A stretch of DNA of 64,000 nucleotides from an uncultured virus (IMG/VR IMGVR_UViG_3300003815_000001) (lineage: Duplodnaviria; Heunggongvirae; Uroviricota; Caudoviricetes): the IMG/VR virus record IMGVR_UViG_3300003815_000001; one strand, given 5' to 3'. The position numbers were made by a program, and so were the translations under genes. Below are positions 47,206 to 56,780 of the stretch, piece after piece. The first letter of the stretch is position 1. Every line of letters begins with the position of its first letter. Below the pieces are notes generated by a model that ran no database searches, was not told the origin of the DNA, and saw only the letters and a list, made by a program, of their open reading frames with translations.

Positions 47206-47652
47206 TTATTTATTGCCAAATGTGACCGTTGATTTCTTCTCAGAGAAAAGAGGCATACGGGCATCGTTCTGACGCATGAAGCTATTATCAACTGCTTCGG
47301 CCTGTTGAGCTGTTTGGTTATTTTCATACTCCATACGTTGCTGTACCAACTCTTCAGGGGCCTTACATAACAATAAGCCACCAATCTCAATACTGCCTTC
47401 AAAACGGCTGGTTGGATCGGTTAATAGTTTAAATTTAGGTTGTTCCTCAATCGTCACAGGTTCCCAGCCTTCTCTCAATTTAGATGAGACATTGCGTGGG
47501 TCCGCATTGTTAAGCATTGAAGTTCTAATCCAACGATAAGCAAATCCAGCTTGTTTGTCTGGTTCTGGTAACAACTCAGGTGGTCGCCATGTTTTTGGAC
47601 GCTCTGATTGTTGACGATTGCTTACTTCACGGGGAATTCTTGTATCAGCCAT
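47206..47652 (-). CDS. Conserved head-module protein
   Basis: YRWIR...NVSSKLREGWEPV...IGGLLLCK. Confidence 0.6.
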   Translation of the reverse strand: MADTRIPREVSNRQQSERPKTWRPPELLPEPDKQAGFAYRWIRTSMLNNADPRNVSSKLREGWEPVTIEEQPKFKLLTDPTSRFEGSIEIGGLLLCKAPEELVQQRMEYENNQTAQQAEAVDNSFMRQNDARMPLFSEKKSTVTFGNK

Positions 47653-48598
47653 TTTGTGACTCCTGTACTTTCGTTAATTCCATAGCGTATTGCTCTGGGG
47701 TTAATTTGAATTTCTTAGCCAAAGCTAATTGTGTCTGCGTCAGTTTGATCTTTTTGGAGGATGTGGACCGAGTAGCAGGCGCTACTACCGTGTTGGACTT
47801 CCTAGGGGCAGAGTCTTTGGTCTCTGCTTGTGGTTCACCAGCAAATTTGTCTGGGAATCTTTTTCGCACTTCGGTATCAATAACGCTCCAGTAATAGTCA
47901 GAGCCAGCTGGGACTCCTTCTTTTTCTAGGCGTCTATGAATGCCCATAGCGAGAAAACTCATATCCTCATCTGTGCCATACCAGCTATTTTTATCTAGCC
48001 ATGCTTGGGTTTTTGAGTCCAAGCGTTGAGGTTGTGCTTGAGGTTGTTGTATTTGTACACTATTTTCCCATTCTTGTAAAGCATTTTCATCAAATTGAGG
48101 TTTATATTGTTCAATTTGTTGTGCTTTCATCTGTGCACGGGTCAATTTTTCTTGTGCAGCAACCAGCAATTCTGAATCACCAGAGTCATAAGCCTCTTTA
48201 TATTCACGCTTAGCCATGTCAACTTCACGGGCTACGCTATCTTTTGCTGTTGTTACGTATACTTTTTCACCTTCAGTTAGTCTACCTTGCAGTTGCTTAG
48301 TGCGTTCTAACAAAGATTGGGCTACACGTACTGCTTCTTCTTGCTCACGGAACGCTTGTTCTTTAGCTCTACGTTCATCGTTGATTAATTTTTTCATTTG
48401 CAAGAGACGTTGTTTAGCCTCTTTAGAATAAGATTCTAGATCATCTTCATCAATGTCCTTAACAATCTCTTCTGGTAAAGGTTGAGCATGTTTACGATCT
48501 TCCTCAGGAGTATCGTCCTCAATTTCAATCTCAATCTTATCTTCAATTAATTCGTCTTCGTTATCCATTTCATCTGGAAACTTGTAGTTGTCAGCCAT
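47645..48598 (-). CDS. Capsid scaffolding protein
   Basis: Acidic N-terminus, long coiled coil, C-terminal KLTQTQLALAKKFKLTPEQYA. Confidence 0.7.
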   Translation of the reverse strand: MADNYKFPDEMDNEDELIEDKIEIEIEDDTPEEDRKHAQPLPEEIVKDIDEDDLESYSKEAKQRLLQMKKLINDERRAKEQAFREQEEAVRVAQSLLERTKQLQGRLTEGEKVYVTTAKDSVAREVDMAKREYKEAYDSGDSELLVAAQEKLTRAQMKAQQIEQYKPQFDENALQEWENSVQIQQPQAQPQRLDSKTQAWLDKNSWYGTDEDMSFLAMGIHRRLEKEGVPAGSDYYWSVIDTEVRKRFPDKFAGEPQAETKDSAPRKSNTVVAPATRSTSSKKIKLTQTQLALAKKFKLTPEQYAMELTKVQESQNG

Positions 48599-48607
48599 GA
48601 TTTACTC

Positions 48608-49042
48608 CTATGCTCTACTAATACCACGTGGATCTTGCACAATACCTTCCACGGAGTCATCGTTAATAATACGGAATTCACGGCCATGTATCTTGAGTCG
48701 TGTGCCAGTGTTTGGTCTAGCTAGAATAAAGTCACCTGGCTTGCACCAAGGACCATTAGGGAAGCGAGCTTTATCTTGATAACAATCAGGACCAAGCTTA
48801 ACTACAAAAAATACTGTAGATAAAAGTTCTTCAGTCTTAACTGCCATATCTGGTTTGATAATCCCAGACTCATATTCCTTTTCTACTTCTGGAATAGCAC
48901 AAAGAATACGATATCCTGAGGGTTCAGGTAATTGGCTTGCTTTATCCTCATCGCTTTGTAGAGTCGGTTCGGCAATCTGTTCTATCGGTTTTATTTCAAA
49001 TACTTCACCAGGGTTTGATCCTGGCAGTATGATTTCACTCAT
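48608..49042 (-). CDS. groES: GroES-like co-chaperonin
   Basis: PSGYRIL...ESGII...VVKLGP...GDFIL...FRIINDDSVEGIV. Confidence 0.8.
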   Translation of the reverse strand: MSEIILPGSNPGEVFEIKPIEQIAEPTLQSDEDKASQLPEPSGYRILCAIPEVEKEYESGIIKPDMAVKTEELLSTVFFVVKLGPDCYQDKARFPNGPWCKPGDFILARPNTGTRLKIHGREFRIINDDSVEGIVQDPRGISRA

Positions 49043-49223
49043 CAGAGTTCTCCATATAGTTTTTAAGGTCTTCTACATATCTACGAGTGGAAAGGAGACC
49101 TGATATCTTCCCACAAGTGTTTTGGTATTCAGCATAGTCTTTGGCCATGCCTCTACCTAAATGATCCTGCAGGCTTGCTACAGTCTCATCTATTTCTTTT
49201 AGAATCGCTTCTAATTGGTTCAT
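49035..49223 (-). CDS. Small helical protein of the head module
   Basis: DYAEYQNTCGKISGL. Confidence 0.6.
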   Translation of the reverse strand: MNQLEAILKEIDETVASLQDHLGRGMAKDYAEYQNTCGKISGLLSTRRYVEDLKNYMENSDE

Positions 49224-51742
49224 TTATTTTCCTTTTTTGAAGGTTGGTTGTTTGTTTGCTCACGTTGCATATCCATTTGGGTGATATGTTTCGCAGCATC
49301 TATTGCTACTCTTGCTTTCTCTGCTTGACGTTGTTGGTTGAGTTGCGCTTTAGCTTTGCCAGTTTCAGCACCAATTCTCATCCCTTCAATACGTTGTTTT
49401 GCTTCCAAGTTGTTTTTGTCAGCTTGGACTTTGGCACCTACTTGCATGCCAGCGATTTCTTTCTGTGCTGCAATACGTTGTTTTTCAACTTCAATTTGGT
49501 CAGCCTTAGCTGCCGCCTCAATCTGCATCTTCTTCATCTTAATATCAATCTCTTGCGCTTTAAGTTGAAGTTCTTTCATCTGCATTTGAACTACTGGATC
49601 GTTAGCTGCTTGTTGAGCTTGTTGTGCAGCCACAGCAGTTTGATTTTGATTGAGTAAGTTTTGTGCAGCAGGTACAGCCAAACGAGTGATTTGTGCTTCA
49701 ACCTCTGGAGACATACGATGGTCTTCATCAATTTGTGGAATTGACATGCCCATTGCTTGTTCCATTTGACGTTTGTACTCTAAGCCTACGTGCTCAGTGA
49801 TATGTGCTTGCATTGCTTGCATGATCATTGGAGCTTGTGGGTTTTGACCAATGACTTGTTTGATTTTTGGATCATTCATCGCTGCCATATGTATTTGGAT
49901 ATGCGCTTGATGGTCTTGGAATGGGAAAGCTTTCAATGGTTTGTTAGCTAATGCGTTTGCATTCTCAGAAACTGGGTCTGTTGGTGACTGATCTTCTGGA
50001 AGCGCTACTAATTTGTCAGCATTCTTAATGCCTAACACTTCTAACATCTGACGATGTAGATACGGAAGGTTATAAAGTTGTGGCGCTGTTTGAGAAAGTT
50101 GTAAAACTGCCTGATATTGCACCACTTTTTGGCTCATTGTAGCCGCATTTGGGTCAGAAACAGGGATAATATTGACCATTTCGTAGTCAGATTTACGTGC
50201 TTTACGAGTGCCTGTAGAAGGGTCGTATGAGTACTCAGCAGGTGCGTAATCGGCAATAATTTCCTTCAAAAGCTTGAATTCTTGCTTCATAGAGAAGTGA
50301 ATTCGGGCTTGAATTGCACTCATTGTCTTGAGTTGGCGCTCTAAAATAGCCAGTGTTGTACCAACTGGGCTGTTAGATGACATGTCTGACACCTGCAAAT
50401 CACCAGCTGAAGCGAATCTACGTGCTTCATCAATTATTTTATCCATCAAACCAGCCAATACTTGACTAGGTTCCTTGTATGGAAGGGGCATAATGTTGTC
50501 TTTCATTGCCCCTGAAGGTACGTCTACATCCCTAAACTCACCTGGAGCGATAGGAGTATCGTCACCTTTGACTCTAAGTCCTCTAGTTTTAAACCCACCA
50601 GGTAAATTGGAGAGTGAACCAGCGTCAACCAGTTGTCGTAAGATAGAAGTTCCAGATTTAGCATAGGCACCTAGGATATGAATTAGACCAAAATCGTAAA
50701 ATCCAAAGCCTGGGATGTATCCGTATTTAACAAAGTGGTTACGTTTTTGGTGTGTTTTATCACCAGGTCTCCAGTTCCTACGGATTGCAAGAACCATGCC
50801 AGTGTTTTTCTCAATTGTTACCACGTATGGAAGCGCAAGACCTGTTTCCTCGCCATCTTCATTTGTGTGCTCATAGCCTTGTAGGTCAAGGTCAACGTGC
50901 ATCTCTAGCAATTTATAGCGGTCATCAGATGTAGCACGGAAGCCAAGCTTCTCAGCAATCTTCTTTTCTACTTCATCTAATGTCGTATCTGGCGCACCTA
51001 GATCTACATCACGGTAGAAGCCAGCTAATTGCAAGCGTAATACTTCATTCTCTGTCTTACGCATGACATGAGTCACACGTTCAGCGGTTTCAATACGTGA
51101 TGCACCATAAGGAACAACAACGTCTTCTGCTGGGATATAAATAGATGTTTGACGGTCTAATGCTGGGTCAACGTAAACCTTTTTAAAGCCGTTACCTGAA
51201 AGACCAGTACCCCAAAGCATACGCTCATGTTCTGAACGGAACTCAATCATACGATCTGTTAGTTCATAGTTCATGTCATCTACAACACGAGACATTGCAT
51301 CCTTAGTCTCTGGCGTTTCTTTACCAATGATCTCGCCCTTACATGGACCAGCTGCTGGGAACGTATCCATGATAGTTTCAGATTGGAACTTAACAACAGC
51401 TTCAGCCAAAATAGGATGGTACACACCACACGCACCTTCCCAAGGCTCACTGCGTTCTTCAATCTTCAAGCCAAGCAACTCAAGGCCATCTACATACGTC
51501 TGAATCCAATCTCTGCGTGAGTCTACGTCAGACTCATAATCACCAACAAGGTCACCAGCTAACTGGGTCAGGATAGACTCAGGAATATATTCTGCAAGGT
51601 TGGCATCAAATTCTTCGCCATCCGCAATAGCAGGCTCATCTAACTCAACCTCATTTGGATCTGTGATTTCAATTTCAATATCTGGTGTTTGAATTGCACC
51701 AAGTCCTAAAGGTGCTGAATATACTGCTTTATCTATAGACAT
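49220..51742 (-). CDS. Portal protein (P22-like, long C-terminal helical extension)
   Basis: 840 aa after terminase; HPILAEAVVKFQ, PGFGFY, PVGTTLA motifs. Confidence 0.85.
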   Translation of the reverse strand: MSIDKAVYSAPLGLGAIQTPDIEIEITDPNEVELDEPAIADGEEFDANLAEYIPESILTQLAGDLVGDYESDVDSRRDWIQTYVDGLELLGLKIEERSEPWEGACGVYHPILAEAVVKFQSETIMDTFPAAGPCKGEIIGKETPETKDAMSRVVDDMNYELTDRMIEFRSEHERMLWGTGLSGNGFKKVYVDPALDRQTSIYIPAEDVVVPYGASRIETAERVTHVMRKTENEVLRLQLAGFYRDVDLGAPDTTLDEVEKKIAEKLGFRATSDDRYKLLEMHVDLDLQGYEHTNEDGEETGLALPYVVTIEKNTGMVLAIRRNWRPGDKTHQKRNHFVKYGYIPGFGFYDFGLIHILGAYAKSGTSILRQLVDAGSLSNLPGGFKTRGLRVKGDDTPIAPGEFRDVDVPSGAMKDNIMPLPYKEPSQVLAGLMDKIIDEARRFASAGDLQVSDMSSNSPVGTTLAILERQLKTMSAIQARIHFSMKQEFKLLKEIIADYAPAEYSYDPSTGTRKARKSDYEMVNIIPVSDPNAATMSQKVVQYQAVLQLSQTAPQLYNLPYLHRQMLEVLGIKNADKLVALPEDQSPTDPVSENANALANKPLKAFPFQDHQAHIQIHMAAMNDPKIKQVIGQNPQAPMIMQAMQAHITEHVGLEYKRQMEQAMGMSIPQIDEDHRMSPEVEAQITRLAVPAAQNLLNQNQTAVAAQQAQQAANDPVVQMQMKELQLKAQEIDIKMKKMQIEAAAKADQIEVEKQRIAAQKEIAGMQVGAKVQADKNNLEAKQRIEGMRIGAETGKAKAQLNQQRQAEKARVAIDAAKHITQMDMQREQTNNQPSKKENK

Positions 51743-51801
51743 TATTAATTCCTAAAAAGTGGTGTTGACTAATTGCGAATAATACATTATATGCGGTAAT
51801 T

Positions 51802-53289
51802 TTAATAGTAGGCACGTTTACGTTTAAATTCTACAGGATCATCTTCATAATCAGAGGGTAACGGAATAAATCCGCCCTTACGGAAACGCAATAATGCTTG
51901 CGTGGAACTATCCACCAAGTCATCGTGATCTGAGTTAGGAAAGGCAGCAATCTCTTCAACCACTTCTTCTGCCCATCTCTTACGTGGTGCCCACACTTTA
52001 CCTGAGGCAAACAGGTCTGTCACCGCATTCAAACGAGAAATCTTATCGTTACCACGTACTGGGGTGAACTCTTGTACAGGAATTCCCATACGTCTAAGCT
52101 CAAATACTAGCGGTGCACCTGACGCTTTTGCTTCCACAATAAACGCATCTGGCTGCCATTCCTTGTACATATCCATAGCTCGTTGTTTTAATTCAGGAAA
52201 TTCCATACGCTCTTTAAGGGCATCCAATAGAATGATATTGGGATCGTTGTGATCCTCATCCTTATAGAAAACTCCCCACGTTGTACAGGCTGAAAAGTCA
52301 GAACGCTCATTCTTAGTAAATGCCGTATCCCAAGATTGGATAATAAACTCACAAGGTGGTGGACGTTCACCTTCCCAAACCTGCCACCACTCACGCTTAA
52401 CCAGCGCACCTTCCTCAGAAGTTGGGTTCTGTTGGTACTGGGCTTGCCATTTAGGTAATGGTAACTCCGTCCTTAGGGCATCCAATTCCTCATACGACCA
52501 GAACTCTGGCCATAAAGGTTTATCACTTGGCAAGATAGCAGGTAACTCAATGATCTCCCACTCTTCACCGTCCCGATCCACCATAGATTGTAAGATCTTG
52601 CCAGTCAGATCACGCTTAGACCAGCGTGTCATTACGACCACAATAGAACCGCCTGGTTGTAAACGTTGACGAGGACCAGAGGTATACCACTCGTATACAT
52701 TATCAAATACGGATGGATCTTGTGCTGCTAGTCTCGCTTCCTGTTCCGAATGCGGGTCATCAATAATGAGGAGATCCGCACCTTTACCAGTAACAGTACC
52801 ACCAACACCGATAGCAAAATACTCACCATTAGCATTAGTAGACCAGCGACCAGCGGCTTTACTATCAGCCCTAAGACCGACATCGGGGAATATTTTCGCA
52901 TATATCTCACTATCCAATAAGTTACGCACCTTACGACCAAAACCCACAGCCAGCTCCGCTGTGTTTGAACACTGAATAATCTTCTTGTTCGGGAACTTAC
53001 CTAAGAACCATGCAGGCAGCATATAAGAAGCAAACTCAGACTTAGTATGACGAGGTGGCATGTTAATAATCAAACGCTTAGTCTTGCCCTGGGCAATCTC
53101 CTCAAACTTCTGTGCCATCAGCTTATGGTGACGGCCATCAATAAACGTAGGCCACATGGTGTGCACAAACGCTAAGAAGTCATCTCTTCCCTTTTCCCGT
53201 ACCACAGAATCATTAAAGCTCTCCATCTGAGCATAAATCTCCGCTTGCTCCGTTGGTGGCAATAATGCAATCAGTTCTTCTAAGTTCAT
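51802..53289 (-). CDS. terL: Terminase large subunit
   Basis: INMPPRHTKS Walker A, LLIIDDP Walker B, QSWDTA and HDDLVDS nuclease motifs. Confidence 0.95.
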   Translation of the reverse strand: MNLEELIALLPPTEQAEIYAQMESFNDSVVREKGRDDFLAFVHTMWPTFIDGRHHKLMAQKFEEIAQGKTKRLIINMPPRHTKSEFASYMLPAWFLGKFPNKKIIQCSNTAELAVGFGRKVRNLLDSEIYAKIFPDVGLRADSKAAGRWSTNANGEYFAIGVGGTVTGKGADLLIIDDPHSEQEARLAAQDPSVFDNVYEWYTSGPRQRLQPGGSIVVVMTRWSKRDLTGKILQSMVDRDGEEWEIIELPAILPSDKPLWPEFWSYEELDALRTELPLPKWQAQYQQNPTSEEGALVKREWWQVWEGERPPPCEFIIQSWDTAFTKNERSDFSACTTWGVFYKDEDHNDPNIILLDALKERMEFPELKQRAMDMYKEWQPDAFIVEAKASGAPLVFELRRMGIPVQEFTPVRGNDKISRLNAVTDLFASGKVWAPRKRWAEEVVEEIAAFPNSDHDDLVDSSTQALLRFRKGGFIPLPSDYEDDPVEFKRKRAYY

Positions 53290-53534
53290 TCAATGTTCCT
53301 AACACGTAAATACGCAGGACGTATAGATCTTGCTCTCCCCTTTACACCCTTACATACGCCTAAATCAATTAATGTTTTCATCTTACGGGCAACATTACCA
53401 CGACCCTTTTCACCCGTAATACGCATGACATCATCCACGGTAGGGCCAAAGCCATACATCTTCCACCATTCATCAATGACCAAGAAGATCTCTTTTTGCG
53501 CTGATGTCATTTTTCTAACGTTCCATCTGGACAT
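53286..53534 (-). CDS. LexA N-terminal-like winged-helix DNA-binding protein (no peptidase domain)
   Basis: MTSAQKEIF..I...GFGPTVDDV...L.DLG....RARSI. Confidence 0.65.
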   Translation of the reverse strand: MSRWNVRKMTSAQKEIFLVIDEWWKMYGFGPTVDDVMRITGEKGRGNVARKMKTLIDLGVCKGVKGRARSIRPAYLRVRNIE

Positions 53535-53666
53535 TCCATCCAGTTCGTATTACCCGTAGGAACCCATACGCCATTCTCATCTTGCGTCACCTCAACCCAC
53601 AGCTGCTGCAAAACCTCACGGCCATTCTTGTTAATATACTTAACCTGTTCTGTTGCTTTCCATTGA

Positions 53667-53999
53667 TCACTCATTGATATCTCCATATACAGAATTCATT
53701 GGATAATGTACCTTCGTCACACGGTTATCAAACCGTACACCATGACTCTCAGCCCACATGACAAACTCCTCCACATCCTTAGGCATAGGGTCAGGATACT
53801 TAGGTGCCATTCTTGCCCTTTCAGCCTCAGCTAATAAGAACCTATTCAATTCCTTACACCTACGATTCATCTTCCACCAAGCCACCAATCCCTTAGGACC
53901 ACGCTTAAGCTTGCGTAACAGTCCAGCAAGTCTCCACCTAATAGACTTCAACTTACGTATATACCACTTATCACTAGGATCATATAACCTAACCCACAT
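53667..53999 (-). CDS. Hypothetical basic protein
   Basis: AAGGA ribosome-binding site; operon context. Confidence 0.5.
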   Translation of the reverse strand: MWVRLYDPSDKWYIRKLKSIRWRLAGLLRKLKRGPKGLVAWWKMNRRCKELNRFLLAEAERARMAPKYPDPMPKDVEEFVMWAESHGVRFDNRVTKVHYPMNSVYGDINE

Positions 54000-54028
54000 A
54001 TCTCTCGTCCTTAAATCGCTAAAATTTT

Positions 54029-54898
54029 TTATATATTTTTTTCCACATTGTCATCTAAATCAGTGACGGGGGCATCTTCCCACCAACGATCCTCTTCTTC
54101 CTCCCCAGAATTCACACCAGGGTGCCCATCCGTTTCTGAAACTGGATTTGTTTCTGATTGTTTGTCTGGAACGCCATTTGTTGGTAATTGTTTGTCTGGA
54201 ATAGTATGCATAGCAAGCCTGTGGGTGTCAGGCTCAAAGTGAGGGGTGGCACTGGGTGGCGTGTCGCTCTGGGCGTTTTCGTGTTCTTGGTCATCGTTTT
54301 GCGTTTCGGCTTCTACGGTCTGCATCTCTCTTGCGTTGGCTATCTCATTGAGGAGGCTTTCTGCTGATGCTCGCTTGTCATCGCTTAATGTATTGGTCTG
54401 TTTGATTGCGTTTGCTATTGCGTTGATGAGCTTTGCTTTCGCTTCTGTTGTGTCGGCTTGCTTCACTATCTCTTTGCGCTCTGTAAATGCGCTAACCTCT
54501 GTGAGTTTGCCTAGCAGTTCAATGGCTCGCAGTTGGTCTGATGTCTTGATGTTGTCGTCTAGGGCTTTTTCAGTCAGTTTCTGTACGATAAGACTTCTTA
54601 AATGAACGGGTAAAAGATATGCAGTCGCTTCATTAGCCAGCTTCAATCGCTCTATCATTGTTTGCACGTTGGTGTTGTTTGCGAGTTCGTGAGCGTTGCG
54701 GGCTTGCGTGGTTGGTTTGCCGTTGGAGTTGTATGCTTCTCTGTATGCTTTAGCCTTTGGTTCTCCGTTAGCTACTTTCTCTGCAAAGTCTCTCTGCTTC
54801 TTGGTGAGCGTGGTTGTCTTACTATCTGCGCCCAAGAGTAGCTTCTCTATCGGCTGTTGTTTTAATCCCTCTGCTATCTGTTTGCGTGTTAGTTTCAT
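54029..54898 (-). CDS. terS: Terminase small subunit
   Basis: LTKKQRDFAEKV...KAYREAY HTH; RAIELLGK; upstream of terL. Confidence 0.75.
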   Translation of the reverse strand: MKLTRKQIAEGLKQQPIEKLLLGADSKTTTLTKKQRDFAEKVANGEPKAKAYREAYNSNGKPTTQARNAHELANNTNVQTMIERLKLANEATAYLLPVHLRSLIVQKLTEKALDDNIKTSDQLRAIELLGKLTEVSAFTERKEIVKQADTTEAKAKLINAIANAIKQTNTLSDDKRASAESLLNEIANAREMQTVEAETQNDDQEHENAQSDTPPSATPHFEPDTHRLAMHTIPDKQLPTNGVPDKQSETNPVSETDGHPGVNSGEEEEDRWWEDAPVTDLDDNVEKNI

Positions 54899-55011
54899 AA
54901 TAGGTACATATTGAGTATTTAATTGACAGGGAGATTATTCTCATAATGTGAGTTATGCAAGAGGCAAGGTTAAGGACGGGATATGTATATATGTATATGG
55001 TGATAGTTGTA

Positions 55012-55322
55012 TATCTCTCTATGTTACTTCTATATACGGATGTCTGACTTGGACTGTATCGCTACGCTCTTAATGGGCGGTTTTAGGTTTTGAATAGGTG
55101 AGAGCTGCACTCATTGTACGAACGTACAGAGAAGGCTTGAAATAGGGCTTTAGTGTACGAACGTACAGGAAAAACGGCTTTCATAATCGCTCTATAACGC
55201 ATTATTTTGATGAGGTTGATACCTTAGCCTTAGCCTTTTATTTAATTTTAAGGACGTTTTAGAGTATCTCTCTATGACTACATGGCTATGACTGTATCGC
55301 TTCGCTCTTTTGGGCGGTTTTA
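55012..55322. repeat. Direct repeats (55012-55085 and 55265-55322) flanking two TGTACG-AA-CGTACA palindromes (55115-55128, 55154-55167)
   Basis: Both repeats contain TATCTCTCTATG then GACTGTATCGCTWCGCTCTT..TGGGCGGTTTTA. Confidence 0.85.
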
Positions 55323-55361
55323 ACCTTTCATATATCCCTTAAATTATTTTGTTTTAGTGTA

Positions 55362-55390
55362 TTGCATTGTGGATTTGTTTAGTGTCTAAT
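55362..55390 (+). promoter_or_regulatory. Early promoter candidate TTGCAT-17-TCTAAT
   Basis: Upstream of the plus-strand cluster; TTTGTTT(T)AGTGT direct repeat at 55348-55360 and 55374-55385 flanks and overlaps it. Confidence 0.5.
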
Positions 55391-55444
55391 ATCGGTAGGT
55401 AGCTCGGTATTGGGTCGGCTACTATATAAACAAAGGGGTTTATT

Positions 55445-55606
55445 ATGGAAGTGAAACTAAATCAAAAATCACGATTGGCTAACGCTAACCTATTCTTACT
55501 TGAGATTTTGATTAACGAGTTATTAGATAGCAAGGATGCCGAAAGAACGCAGAACGCTATAAATGAGATAGCAAATTTTATGAGCAACAAAACTAAAGAG
55601 GCTTAA
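55445..55606 (+). CDS. Small early protein (53 aa, not in ORF track)
   Basis: AAGGGG ribosome-binding site; MEVKLNQKSRLAN... Confidence 0.6.
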   Translation: MEVKLNQKSRLANANLFLLEILINELLDSKDAERTQNAINEIANFMSNKTKEA

Positions 55607-55608
55607 CC

Positions 55609-55749
55609 ATGTGGACGATGAAAAAGTTTAGAACCTTTAAGGCTTACAGTAATTGGATAGATAAGAATAAAGCACATTATCAAATTGAGCCTTTATTCAT
55701 AAACAACGTATGGGCTTTGGAGTATCGCAAATTAAGAGTTATTTACTAG
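55609..55749 (+). CDS. Small early protein (46 aa, not in ORF track)
   Basis: GAGG ribosome-binding site; MWTMKKFRTF... Confidence 0.6.
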   Translation: MWTMKKFRTFKAYSNWIDKNKAHYQIEPLFINNVWALEYRKLRVIY

Positions 55750-55762
55750 AGGAGATTAAAAA

Positions 55763-55942
55763 ATGAATTATACAGTTGAGGTTGGCGGTGTTACTTGGTG
55801 CTTTAGTCATGAATGGGATGCTAAACACTTTGCAATAGATGAAGCGTACAAAGGTCTTAAAAATATATTTGTTAAATACTACGATAAGACTATATATCGT
55901 GTCGTTAGTTTTGGTTCATGTTATGCAGTTGAAAGGGTTTAA
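55763..55942 (+). CDS. Small early protein (59 aa, not in ORF track)
   Basis: GAGGAG ribosome-binding site; MNYTVEVGGV... Confidence 0.6.
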   Translation: MNYTVEVGGVTWCFSHEWDAKHFAIDEAYKGLKNIFVKYYDKTIYRVVSFGSCYAVERV

Positions 55943-55944
55943 TT

Positions 55945-56133
55945 ATGAAATACTCAAAAATGCCACAAGTAGTTAAGAGCTTAAAGATTATCACGCTAGG
56001 AAACGTGACTATCTATGCAGAGCAGGACGAGCCTATCACTAAAGCGCAGGTCAAGGCTTGGGGCGCACATATAAGAGACTGCGAGGAAAACTTTTTAAAA
56101 GGCGAATACTTGCCTTACTTGGGGGCGATGTAA
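55945..56133 (+). CDS. Small early protein
   Basis: AAGGG ribosome-binding site; operon context. Confidence 0.6.
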   Translation: MKYSKMPQVVKSLKIITLGNVTIYAEQDEPITKAQVKAWGAHIRDCEENFLKGEYLPYLGAM

Positions 56134-56221
56134 TGGGAGACTTGGGCGATAGGTTGGTTTTTTGGGCTTCGGTTGTATGTTGGGTTTTTCTTATTTACTT
56201 ACTAATTAAAGGGGTTTAATC

Positions 56222-56707
56222 ATGGCGAGATTATATGTTGGCACTTATGCAAAATATAACAATGGCTCAATTGCGGGGGCTTGGGTTGATTTAGATAAGT
56301 TTAAGGATAAAGAGGCATTTATTGAGCATTGCCAAAAGCTACACGCAGATGAGGACGATGCCGAGTTTATGTTCCAAGACTTTGAGGGCTTCCCTAAACG
56401 CTTTTATAGTGAAAGCGGTATTGACGATGAACTCTTTGATTTTTTGGCTTTAGATGAGGATGAAAAACTATTGCTTGAGGCATACATTGAGGCGAGTGGT
56501 GATGTTTTAGCCACGATTGACGATGCTAACGATGCTTATCAAGGGCAATATAACAACGATATAGATTTTGTTTCCGAACTTTTGGAGAGTTGCGGAGATA
56601 TTCCCGAAAATATGCCTAATTACATTGTGATTGATTGGGAGATGACGGCACGAAATATCATGTTTGATTATGTAGAAGCTAACGGCTACTACTTCCGCAC
56701 TTGTTAA
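56222..56707 (+). CDS. ardA: Antirestriction protein ArdA (DNA mimic)
   Basis: RLYVGTYAKYNNGSIAGAWVDL; EFMFQDFEG; YIVIDWEMTARNI; highly acidic. Confidence 0.9.
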   Translation: MARLYVGTYAKYNNGSIAGAWVDLDKFKDKEAFIEHCQKLHADEDDAEFMFQDFEGFPKRFYSESGIDDELFDFLALDEDEKLLLEAYIEASGDVLATIDDANDAYQGQYNNDIDFVSELLESCGDIPENMPNYIVIDWEMTARNIMFDYVEANGYYFRTC

Positions 56708-56757
56708 TGTCATTTTCTAGCCCTTTCGGTTGAGAGGGTTAGAGGGCTGACATTAGC
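56703..56757 (+). promoter_or_regulatory. ~25-bp hairpin, RNase III-like processing site candidate
   Basis: Manual fold; conserved 3' arm GGGCTGACATTAGCC, then GAGGAGG ribosome-binding site. Confidence 0.5.
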
Positions 56758-56780
56758 CGATAACTTGAGGAGGTTACAAC

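Noticed and set aside
53286..53534. CI/LexA repressor indicating lysogeny
   Set aside because: Only the DNA-binding domain is present, it lies in the packaging operon, and no integrase was found in the window.
14400..54900. Numerous plus-strand and nested ORFs in the track
   Set aside because: They are antisense or alternate-frame shadows of long, motif-bearing minus-strand genes.
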